Assembly: GCA_049472335.1 (NCBI GenBank)
Contig: JBLIRO010000043.1
Span: forward strand, 1 to 42,496
DNA: 42,496 nucleotides
Origin: a bacterium
Lineage (GTDB): Bacteria > SZUA-182 > DTGQ01 > JAFGSM01
Direction: 5' to 3'
The notes beneath the pieces are model-generated. The model searched no databases. It was not told the origin of the DNA and saw nothing but the letters and a program-made list of their open reading frames with translations. This document shows, piece by piece, positions 29,526-37,867 of the stretch; the stretch's first letter is position 1, and each line of letters starts with the position of its first letter. A program made the position numbers and the translations under genes.

Positions 29526-32354
29526 CTAATCATCTTCTAACTCCAAAGCCATAGACAATTCATGGATTGATTCCTCAAGTAGTTCCTGGTATCGTCCGTA
29601 TTCAATCCAGTCCCCTTTCTGAATGCTTCCCTGAGCGGCTTGAAAATATTGAGTCACCTTTCGCGCCAGGTCGATAACAGATTCTTCATCCGTATCCGGA
29701 TCCGGATGGACTGTCTCGGCGCCCAATGAAAAGGAAGATAATTCGGAGCTCTGTACATCGAAAATCTTTTCCAATGCATCGATAAGTGTCTTTTTCATCT
29801 CTATCTTTTCACCATAGACAGCAATTACCCGTTTAAGCTCAGGAAGACTGCTTTTATCGGTTGCCACCAGATACACAGGCTCAATGTATAGAATTGATTC
29901 CTCGATTGGTATGACCAGCAGGTCTCCCCTTATCACATCCGATCCCTGCTGGCCCCATAAAGTTAATTCTCTGGAGATCTTTGTTTGTTGGTCAATTCGT
30001 GCTTCTACCTGACGGGGGCCGTAAATCAATTTTTCCTTGGGGAACTTATACACCAGCAATCTGCCATAATCGGATCCATCGCACTGTGCGCACATCCAGG
30101 AGATGGTGTTGCTCTTATTATCCGGAGTAAAGGGAACCATTATGAGAAATTCCTCTTGGGTTTGTTCAGGCAAACGCATAATTATATAATAACCTTTCAT
30201 AAGAAACCTTGTTCTTCCTGAGAGACTCTTTTGCATGGGAAGGTCCCATAAATCCTCTTTATTGTAAAAGACCTGTAGATCCTTCATGTGATAAGCCCGG
30301 TACATTTTAGCCTGAATCTCGAAGAGGTCCCGGGGATAACGGATATGTGCCTTCAAATCCTCAGGCATCTCGCTGAAATGTTTAAAAAGCCATGGGAATA
30401 TCTTTCGGTACGTCTGAATAATGGGATCTGATTCATCTATGACATAAAAGCAGGTTTCACCTGAATATGCGTCTATAGTGACCTTCACGGAATTGCGGAT
30501 ATAGTTGATCATTTTTTTCTGTGTTTGCCTGTCGATGAAAAGCACTTGTGTTGTCTGGTCTGAAGAATCGGGGTCAGATTTTAATACATATCGTTCGGAA
30601 TAAGGAAATTTATCCGTAGTAGTATAGGCGTCCTGAATCCAGAAGATGCGGCCCGCTTCTGACACTACTGGATAAGGATCCCGATCATAGGTCAAAAAAG
30701 GCGCCAGGGTCGTGATCCGGTCCCTGATATTACGATGAAGCATAATGCGGCTTTTAGGAGTAATATAGCTGGTAAATAAGATCCTTGGCTCAAAGTACTT
30801 AATGGAAAAGACCAGCCTGTTGAACAGGGGATAGATGGGAACGCCTCCTTTTCCCTCATACCGTGAGTAGACATTGATATCTCCCTTGGGATAATCAAAC
30901 TCCTGGGATTTGCTGTTTGCAATCACAAAGCTGATGGTTTTTTCACCGTAATAAATCTCAGGCCGTGTAATATTGAGAGATGTCTGACTCACAGGTGGAA
31001 TATCCTTTATGATAAGGTTGGGCAATCCCTTTTCGGTCATGCTATTTACCGGGCTCATACACAGGCCGTAGCCATGCGTGTATTTAAAATATCTATTTTC
31101 AAAGGTTTGGGCCCGTGGCGGGAGATTTCCTTTATCCATCTCCCTGACAGAAAGCATGACTTGTGTTTTTTCATTGTTAAAAGTATAACGGTCTTCATCC
31201 ACGCCAATAAAGTTGTAATACAGCCTCATCTCCTGCAATTCCTTATATGTTTGACGTAACGGATTCTTATCCCATAGTTTTACATTCTTAATTGTCAATG
31301 AATTATTTTTTATATCTTCAAATGTCAGGTTAGTGGATGCCTGAAAGTCCTTTTCCTCGATCTGATCCAGATTGTATCCGAGCCTGGTATACTTGATATT
31401 ATTGAGAATATATGGCGTTTCTTTGGTTAGCTCACTGGGCTCAACCAGAAATTTCTGAACCGCCCATGGACATAGCTCACTCACAATAATTTTGATTGCA
31501 ATGAGAACAGCCAAACCAATAAGTGGCCATTTCCATCCTTTTTTGGGAGAATTTATCCAAAAGACCAGCGCGCATATCAAGGCAATTACGATCATGACCC
31601 AATAGGCAACCCATTGCGCGTTCATATCCGTATATCCGGCGCCAAACACAACACCTCTCTGTGAATAGAGAAGCGCCAGAGTTTTTAACCTTCTGTTCCA
31701 GGCAATGAACAATAATATAAAACCTGCTAATACTGATAGATGTATCTTTGCCCATCGGGTAAACATAAATGATCTTGTTTTGAGATCCAATGCCTTATCC
31801 TTTAGGTAGATGAGGCCCACCAGCAATGTAATGATGACCGACGTGCAGAGTAACCACCTTTGTAGAAACAGGTGCACTGGGTAAGAAAATACGAAAAAAC
31901 CGATATCTTTATGAAAAATGGGATCTATTATCGAGAAGGGGGTCTGGCGCCAGTACCGCAGAAAGGCTCCCCACCTCAGGATGGCGGGCCAGACTCCCAT
32001 AGCAATTCCCAGGATAATGCAAGCTATTATTAGAAATTTATTTATCTTTTCCGGTTCAATGAGAAGGACCTTTACGTTATTAAGGCCCTCTGAGCGGTAT
32101 GACAATTCCCAGCTTGTCTTGGGCGGGCCCAGCTTTCTTGCCAGATAAATATTAAGGCCGGCAATCAAGATAAAAATGAGCCCAAAAAACATGCCCAGTA
32201 ATCCTTTGGACAGCCAGATGGTCCAAAATACCGGGGCGTAATTCAAGTTCCTGAACCACAATAATTCACCGTATAAATCCGCCAGTGCTACAATAGTTAT
32301 CACCAGTAAAAAAATCAGACTGATACGGATTATAAATCTTTTTTCTAGTTTCAT
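29526..32354 (-). CDS. UPF0182 family membrane protein
   Basis: DPIFHKDIGFFVF, GAGYTD, YTHGYG, PEIYYGE, FWIQDAYT, NYIRNSVK..DAYSG, HIRYP.DLF; start ATG 32354 with GAGGAG RBS. Confidence 0.95.
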   Translation of the reverse strand: MKLEKRFIIRISLIFLLVITIVALADLYGELLWFRNLNYAPVFWTIWLSKGLLGMFFGLIFILIAGLNIYLARKLGPPKTSWELSYRSEGLNNVKVLLIEPEKINKFLIIACIILGIAMGVWPAILRWGAFLRYWRQTPFSIIDPIFHKDIGFFVFSYPVHLFLQRWLLCTSVIITLLVGLIYLKDKALDLKTRSFMFTRWAKIHLSVLAGFILLFIAWNRRLKTLALLYSQRGVVFGAGYTDMNAQWVAYWVMIVIALICALVFWINSPKKGWKWPLIGLAVLIAIKIIVSELCPWAVQKFLVEPSELTKETPYILNNIKYTRLGYNLDQIEEKDFQASTNLTFEDIKNNSLTIKNVKLWDKNPLRQTYKELQEMRLYYNFIGVDEDRYTFNNEKTQVMLSVREMDKGNLPPRAQTFENRYFKYTHGYGLCMSPVNSMTEKGLPNLIIKDIPPVSQTSLNITRPEIYYGEKTISFVIANSKSQEFDYPKGDINVYSRYEGKGGVPIYPLFNRLVFSIKYFEPRILFTSYITPKSRIMLHRNIRDRITTLAPFLTYDRDPYPVVSEAGRIFWIQDAYTTTDKFPYSERYVLKSDPDSSDQTTQVLFIDRQTQKKMINYIRNSVKVTIDAYSGETCFYVIDESDPIIQTYRKIFPWLFKHFSEMPEDLKAHIRYPRDLFEIQAKMYRAYHMKDLQVFYNKEDLWDLPMQKSLSGRTRFLMKGYYIIMRLPEQTQEEFLIMVPFTPDNKSNTISWMCAQCDGSDYGRLLVYKFPKEKLIYGPRQVEARIDQQTKISRELTLWGQQGSDVIRGDLLVIPIEESILYIEPVYLVATDKSSLPELKRVIAVYGEKIEMKKTLIDALEKIFDVQSSELSSFSLGAETVHPDPDTDEESVIDLARKVTQYFQAAQGSIQKGDWIEYGRYQELLEESIHELSMALELEDD

Positions 32355-32507
32355 ACGTTCTCCTCGAAGATCGAAGAGCAATCAAAGACCACTGCAGTCC
32401 CCCCCATTCAATAAAAAATATTTTATAACATTTTAATTATTTAAATTGCAAGCTTCTTTTCAAAGCCACCGGGATCAAGGCTTGAACCTAATTGTGACCT
32501 CCTAGCG

Positions 32508-32548
32508 AAAAAGCCTGCACAATTTCAGGGAAACTATCCAGGCTTTTT
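32508..32548 (-). terminator. Intrinsic terminator after CotH kinase 1
   Basis: AAAAAGCCTG...CAGGCTTTTT; the inner stem pairs through G-U only on the minus strand. Confidence 0.8.
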
Positions 32549-32555
32549 ATATTAA

Positions 32556-32624
32556 CCGGCCACATCCATGATCAGTCAATAAACAGATCAGCGGAACTTC
32601 AATTACAGATCACTTTGTGGCCGG
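32556..32624 (-). other. Long 3'-UTR stem-loop, copy 1
   Basis: CCGGCCACA..TGATC / GATCA..TGTGGCCGG inverted repeat just after the stop codon; homologous to 40202-40274. Confidence 0.7.
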
Positions 32625-32633
32625 AATTTTAAA

Positions 32634-35600
32634 TTAAAATCGTGGGAACAAACCCTGCAGCCCGAATCCGGCCTGCGGGCTGAACCCGAATCCACCCTGC
32701 GGTGCAAATCCGAACCCGCCTTGGAGTCCGTAACCTAATCCAAACCCGGATTGAGGCATATATCCGTACCGGGCTTGAGAAGCATATCCGAGCCCGGCTT
32801 GTGATGTATATCCGTACATACCCTGCATCGTATTATATCCAAATCCGCTTTGCGGGGCGTAACCGTATGCGCCCTGGTATCCGTATCCAAAACCGGTTTG
32901 CGGCGTGTAACCATACATACCCTGCATCGTATTATAACCATATCCGGTTTGCGGGGCATAACCGTAAGCGCTCTGAAATCCGTATCCCAGGCCAGCTTGC
33001 GGTGTAAATCCGTACATGCCCTGCATCGTATTATAACCATATCCGGTCTGTGGAGCATAACCGTAAGCGCCCTGACCGTATCCCAAAGGCATCATATAAC
33101 CATATCCGGTTTGCTGTGGGTAGATACCAGTACTGCTTCCTATGATTTGAAATGCCTCGGATTTGGTAAAGACGAGGTTATCACCATCCATTATAGCGAA
33201 TATTCCCATATCGCCCATTCCACCGAATCCTCCAGGAAAACCTCCCTGGGGCATGGCACCCGGAAACATCATGCCTCCCTGCGGGGGTCGAAATCCTCCG
33301 CCCCAGCCCCCGAATCCACCTGGCGGAGGCTGGAAATCCCCCCAATCAATATCACCGATATCTTCCCAATTCATGCCTCCTCCGAACCTGGGAGAATCCA
33401 CCAGGTCCTCAGGCGCTTCAAATGTCACGGAAACAAATTGCATCCCGGACATGGTAAAAACCGGAAAATCGAATACAGCCGTTATCACTTCATCATCCCG
33501 GTCTATATTATATCCCTCCAAAGTCCCTATCATTACACTCTCTACATCTGAATCATCAAGTAGATCCGAAATGTCATCATCTATCGTTATGGTTACTGTT
33601 ACTCCCATCACACCCGGCCTGGCGGAAGATGGAGAAACACTCCGGATCGCATCCTCAAGATCAACTTCCTCCCAATACACCCACGGATCAGGGCAGTTAC
33701 CATAACCGTCGCCTTTTTTCTGTGCTTTTCCGTCGAGCTGTTTCCGGATACTTGCCACACGCCCGCTGACAAATTCTTTCAAGCCAATGACAAAGCCAAA
33801 TCCCCTGTTGAATCCCGCAATGGAAACATCGTTCGGATCTGTTTCCAGCTCACTTGTCAGGGTCTGCTCGAAATCTTCATTGGTATAGAATTTGGTTGGA
33901 TCTGCATAAACATGCTCCCGGATCAGGTTTGCCGTATTATCTATGATCTGGCTCATAGTCTCAGGGGCGAAAGGGCCTGTGATAATATCATTAAGATAGC
34001 CGTGATAGATCGCCCTATATCCCGGATCCAGCAGCAGCTTATAAATCAACGGGCGCTCTTTAAACTTTACTATGACGGGTTCGTCGATCATAAATTTCAA
34101 TACGCTATCGGTATCACATCCCATATTAAAGGTGCCAAAAGCCATGTTATAGTCCCATGGAATTATCCTGAAGACTCCGTCTTCTTCGTAGAGGTAGTAG
34201 TTATGTGCCATATCGCCATGATAGCTGTCCAGGTGGACTAAAACCGTGTTAACGGCTAAATAACGCAGCACCTCATCCACATCGAGCACTGCTTCATAAT
34301 CACCAAAGTTATTCAGCTCATCCACCATGGTTATGAGGGTGCTTCGATCACTGGTATCCTCATTCGTCTTTAGCTCCAGCGTTGGGTAGTCACTGTTAGG
34401 ATCATAGATTAAATAGGAGCCCATCTCTGCCTTGTAAATGTCACCATCACCTTTCGGGAAATGGGATTTAAAGAATTCATCATCCACCGCTTCCACGACA
34501 GTGTAAAGTCCGAGAAGCTCGCCATTGATATAAAGATTGACAAAGGCACAGCGCGGAGTGGGAACACCAAGTGAGCGCATAAGGTTATACGAGAGAAAAT
34601 CACGCATCAAGGTAGGATCCGAGAATCCATTGTTAAAACTCAGTTTTTGAAGACCTGCCAGGTTCTGGCCCTTAATATAGCGATTAAAATCAACCTTTAA
34701 GCTGTATCGAGTGCCATCTTCGTCTCTCGCCACGGTCATAAGGCTTGAGTTTCCCTTTGTTCGAACAGCCACATCTTCCAGCCTTATACCATCATAGACG
34801 ATATCCGCTATCTGATATTGCTCAGACATGGGATTGTCCAGAATATCCTGCCATTGGGCATCATACATTTCAATATTGACATCTACTACCTTATCCTGTG
34901 GAAAGACATCAAAAATCTTATTCTTTTGTCCAGGTGTCGGAGAAAGTGGTTGTGCTTCACCGATGCCGTCCGGGATTCGCCCGTAACTTTGGTCCATGGG
35001 TGCATCTCCGTCCGACCAGTCAAGCGTGTCCACGATACTGGCTCCCCGATATAGTATCACCCCGTCATTGGTACCCAACCCGAAAGGTACATAATAAGAT
35101 CCGTCACCGGTACCTTCGGCCGTTGCCTTTATTACGAAGAATTCCCCGGGCCCCAATGTAATAGCAGGCAGAGGAGTTGGCTCATGTGCAGGATTGTCAT
35201 CCACCAAGGCATAATCACCCAGATAAACAGAATTATTACCGATTACATAAAGCTCGATCCAATCTGATTCACCACCGGAGTCGCTGACGAGCACCTCATT
35301 GATAGTGATCTCTAATGGGAGGGCAGCTTCATTCGGAGAGTTTGGCGTAGGAGTCAATGTCTGCGCAGTACCGGTGCCATTTGGAAACCGGCCATAGCTG
35401 TAGCCGCCAGGTGCGTCCCCGTCATCCCAGTCAAGAACATCCACAATACTCGATCCCTTATAGAGAGTGACACAATCATCAGAGCCTAACCCGAAGGGCA
35501 CATAATATGAACCGTCACCAGGATCTTCGCTAGTAGCCTGTATCACGATGAATTCTCCCGGCCCCAAGGTAATCCCGGGCAAAGATACGCGCCCGTGTGC

Positions 35601-35843
35601 CTCATTGTCATCCACTACTTTATAATCTCCAAGATATACGGAATTACTTCCGGTTACAAAAAATTCGATCCAGTCATTGCCGCCATAAGGGTCCCTGGCA
35701 ACAATTTCATTAATAACCAGGCCATCCGCATGGCAAACATTATAAGATATCAAAGTCCCAAATAGAACAATAAAGAAGAACAATCCGATCCATTTTAATA
35801 TATTTTTATCAAACAACTCTTTTAAAATATTTTTGCGAAACAT
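32634..35843 (-). CDS. Exported CotH-family kinase 1: signal, 2x LTD, CotH, Ig-like domain with low-complexity insert, Gly/Tyr/Gln repeat tail
   Basis: VRTKGNSS, SLKVDFN, NNGFSDPTLMRD, LYINGELLGLY..VE, DSY..HNYYLY, IPWDYNMAFG. Confidence 0.92.
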   Translation of the reverse strand: MFRKNILKELFDKNILKWIGLFFFIVLFGTLISYNVCHADGLVINEIVARDPYGGNDWIEFFVTGSNSVYLGDYKVVDDNEAHGRVSLPGITLGPGEFIVIQATSEDPGDGSYYVPFGLGSDDCVTLYKGSSIVDVLDWDDGDAPGGYSYGRFPNGTGTAQTLTPTPNSPNEAALPLEITINEVLVSDSGGESDWIELYVIGNNSVYLGDYALVDDNPAHEPTPLPAITLGPGEFFVIKATAEGTGDGSYYVPFGLGTNDGVILYRGASIVDTLDWSDGDAPMDQSYGRIPDGIGEAQPLSPTPGQKNKIFDVFPQDKVVDVNIEMYDAQWQDILDNPMSEQYQIADIVYDGIRLEDVAVRTKGNSSLMTVARDEDGTRYSLKVDFNRYIKGQNLAGLQKLSFNNGFSDPTLMRDFLSYNLMRSLGVPTPRCAFVNLYINGELLGLYTVVEAVDDEFFKSHFPKGDGDIYKAEMGSYLIYDPNSDYPTLELKTNEDTSDRSTLITMVDELNNFGDYEAVLDVDEVLRYLAVNTVLVHLDSYHGDMAHNYYLYEEDGVFRIIPWDYNMAFGTFNMGCDTDSVLKFMIDEPVIVKFKERPLIYKLLLDPGYRAIYHGYLNDIITGPFAPETMSQIIDNTANLIREHVYADPTKFYTNEDFEQTLTSELETDPNDVSIAGFNRGFGFVIGLKEFVSGRVASIRKQLDGKAQKKGDGYGNCPDPWVYWEEVDLEDAIRSVSPSSARPGVMGVTVTITIDDDISDLLDDSDVESVMIGTLEGYNIDRDDEVITAVFDFPVFTMSGMQFVSVTFEAPEDLVDSPRFGGGMNWEDIGDIDWGDFQPPPGGFGGWGGGFRPPQGGMMFPGAMPQGGFPGGFGGMGDMGIFAIMDGDNLVFTKSEAFQIIGSSTGIYPQQTGYGYMMPLGYGQGAYGYAPQTGYGYNTMQGMYGFTPQAGLGYGFQSAYGYAPQTGYGYNTMQGMYGYTPQTGFGYGYQGAYGYAPQSGFGYNTMQGMYGYTSQAGLGYASQARYGYMPQSGFGLGYGLQGGFGFAPQGGFGFSPQAGFGLQGLFPRF
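32778..33074 (-). repeat. Three 99-bp (33-aa) imperfect tandem coding repeats
   Basis: CCCTGCATCGTATTA recurs at 32821, 32920 and 33019; unit QGAYGYAPQTGYGYNTM-QGMYGxTPQxGxGYGx. Confidence 0.92.
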
Positions 35844-35942
35844 CGTCCATAACCTCCCAGTATATTTTATCCATATTGACTTTTTCCTGAAAACGGCAAA
35901 CAGCTTTTAGCATAAGGTTAAATAAATGTGCTATTTAAATAA

Positions 35943-35958
35943 TCCAAATATCATGCCA
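35943..35958 (-). promoter_or_regulatory. sigma54-like promoter of CotH kinase 1
   Basis: TGGCAT-GATAT-TTGGA on the minus strand, about 100 bp upstream of the ATG. Confidence 0.6.
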
Positions 35959-36033
35959 AAAGGCCAGAAAAGGTTAACTTCTTGTAATATAATAAATAAT
36001 ATCAATCTTTGTGAGGTTTTTGTATAAGGGTTT

Positions 36034-36067
36034 CGACTTTCCAGACGATATATAGACTGAATGGTCG
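36034..36067. promoter_or_regulatory. Tandem pair of putative activator palindromes
   Basis: CGACTTTCCAGACG (36034-36047) and AGACTGAATGGTCG (36054-36067), starts 20 bp apart. Confidence 0.6.
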
Positions 36068-36099
36068 AGTTTTTAGAGGAATTTTTCCGACTCTTTAAT

Positions 36100-37119
36100 T
36101 TAGATCTTATTGGATTCGTAAAGAGTCATTTCGTCGTCTCTAGGCTTTTTATTGGGTTGACCTGGAGTAGGAGTGAGAGTCCAAAGCTCTTTTGTACCAT
36201 CGAGTTTTGTGCCATCAGGGAAACAGCCATAGCTGTAGCCTTCAGAGGCTTGACCATCTTCCCAGTCCAGCACATCCACAATATTGGAGTCCATATAAAG
36301 GGTAACACAGTCATCGGCACCCAATCTGAACGGAACGTAATATGAGTCGTCTTCAGGTTTTTCATCCGTTGCCAGTATTACAAAAAATTCTCCCGGCTCT
36401 AAGGTGATATCATCAGGAAGAGGTGCAAGCTCGCGTCCTTCAGCATCATCTACCAGCGCATAATCTCCCAGATACACCGAGTCATTGCTGTCAACATAGA
36501 GCTCTATCCAGTCACTTCCTCCTTCGGCAGGGCTGGCTACGATTTCGTTAATAACCAGTAGAGGCCTGAAAATCCTTTTATTCATAAAGCCCCGTGTCGG
36601 CAGCAAAGTAGAAGGTGCACCGCTACCATCAGGAAACCGGCCGTAGCTGCAGCCATTAGGTGCCTGGCCCTCTTCCCAGTCCAGCACATCCACAATAGCC
36701 AGACCCCAATAAAGGGTGAGACTGTCATCTGCGCCTAACCTGAACGGAACGTAATACGAGCCATCTTCAGGCTCTTCTTCCGTTGCCAGTAAAACGAAAA
36801 AATCGTTAGATTCAAGTGTAATATCAGGCAGCGGAAAGGGATCGTGCTCTATATTATTGTCTACTATGGAGTAATCTTTTAGATATACGGGACATTCACA
36901 TACATTGTACAACTCAATCCAGTCATTGCCATCCCCTGAGGAACTCGATACAATTTCATTAATTACGAGGATTTTGGGAACACTATCACTTATATCGAAG
37001 CTGTCATCACTTGGGCCAATACATGATGAGTAGCATAGCATTCCTAATAATAGGGGAATCAATACCATTTTCCCGAGTGTTTTGCTCACCTGAGACATCT
37101 TTAAATCTGTAAAAAACAT
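36100..37119 (-). CDS. Probable lipoprotein with two LTDs
   Basis: Hydrophobic stretch followed by Cys (LLLGMLCYSSC); twice LVINEIV..DWIELY..YYVPFRLGADD..VDVLDWE.G.A..SYG.FPDG. Confidence 0.85.
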   Translation of the reverse strand: MFFTDLKMSQVSKTLGKMVLIPLLLGMLCYSSCIGPSDDSFDISDSVPKILVINEIVSSSSGDGNDWIELYNVCECPVYLKDYSIVDNNIEHDPFPLPDITLESNDFFVLLATEEEPEDGSYYVPFRLGADDSLTLYWGLAIVDVLDWEEGQAPNGCSYGRFPDGSGAPSTLLPTRGFMNKRIFRPLLVINEIVASPAEGGSDWIELYVDSNDSVYLGDYALVDDAEGRELAPLPDDITLEPGEFFVILATDEKPEDDSYYVPFRLGADDCVTLYMDSNIVDVLDWEDGQASEGYSYGCFPDGTKLDGTKELWTLTPTPGQPNKKPRDDEMTLYESNKI

Positions 37120-37239
37120 TTAATAATTATAAATATCCTTAAAAGATAAAACAATGACTTTTTTGCGAATCCATTAGGCCTTGACTCATTGATATTAAAT
37201 GTCAAGCTAAATTTGTCATATTTGTTTTAAATAAACTTT

Positions 37240-37255
37240 CTCAATTCTCATGCCA
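37240..37255 (-). promoter_or_regulatory. sigma54-like promoter of the LTD lipoprotein
   Basis: TGGCAT-GAGAA-TTGAG on the minus strand. Confidence 0.6.
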
Positions 37256-37334
37256 GATATGCTTATTTAATATAATATCATAAAAACAAAGGATTTTGTC
37301 GAAATTTTTCTCAGACTGATATCATATTGATGCT

Positions 37335-37369
37335 CGCCTGAATAGTCGAACTATGAAACCATTTGGTCG
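37335..37369. promoter_or_regulatory. Tandem pair of putative activator palindromes
   Basis: CGCCTGAATAGTCG (37335-37348) and AAACCATTTGGTCG (37356-37369), starts 21 bp apart. Confidence 0.55.
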
Positions 37370-37628
37370 AACCGGGCAAGTATAAATAATGTCATTAACC
37401 GAAATATATAGTTTCAATTGTCCGCATTTTAACTTAATAACGATGAATATTTATACAGGTTGTATATAAGATTGACAAAGTTTAACTATAAATCATCCGA
37501 CAGATTGAATTTAAAAGTGAATTTAAAAATGTTTATCCAATAAATGTTTTATGTTATCCTGTTTTGTTTAAAGACTTTTATATGCTATAATAAATAATTA
37601 GAGATGTATTATAATAAATAAATTGATT

Positions 37629-37644
37629 TGGCATAAAAATTGTA
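37629..37644 (+). promoter_or_regulatory. sigma54-like promoter of the sulfatase-like/TPR gene
   Basis: TGGCAT-AAAAA-TTGTA. Confidence 0.45.
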
Positions 37645-37867
37645 TTTTTTTAATCTTCATGAAATAGTTACTAAAATCAGATAATTTTTCAGGTTCAAAT
37701 CCCTCATTTTTTCAACAGAAAGGACTTGGTTTGAGTTTAAAGATATTAATATCACTACAACTGCAAGCATTTTAAATGATTATGCAGATATAATGCGGAG
37801 TATATTCCGACAATATATACATACCTCACTAATTTTTTTCATAAGGCATTACTGTAAAGGAGTTTTT

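Noticed and set aside
29526..32354. UPF0182 as a member of the sigma54 regulon
   Set aside because: Separated from CotH1 by a terminator, lacks the TGGCAY promoter and the palindrome, and has a sigma70-like TTGCAA/TATAAA region upstream; a functional link cannot be excluded
32702..33705. Repeat region as a CRISPR array, and overlapping alternative ORFs
   Set aside because: Repeats are in-frame degenerate coding units without unique spacers or cas genes; the alternative ORFs arise from low-complexity sequence
32634..35843. CotH as evidence of sporulation
   Set aside because: Diderm envelope genes, a signal peptide on CotH1 and no spo/cot genes in the window; CotH domains are widespread in non-sporulators
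36061..36365. ORFs 36061-36345(+) and 36126-36365(-), and the small DGTK duplication
   Set aside because: Shadows of the LTD lipoprotein gene; the short duplication looks like trivial slippage
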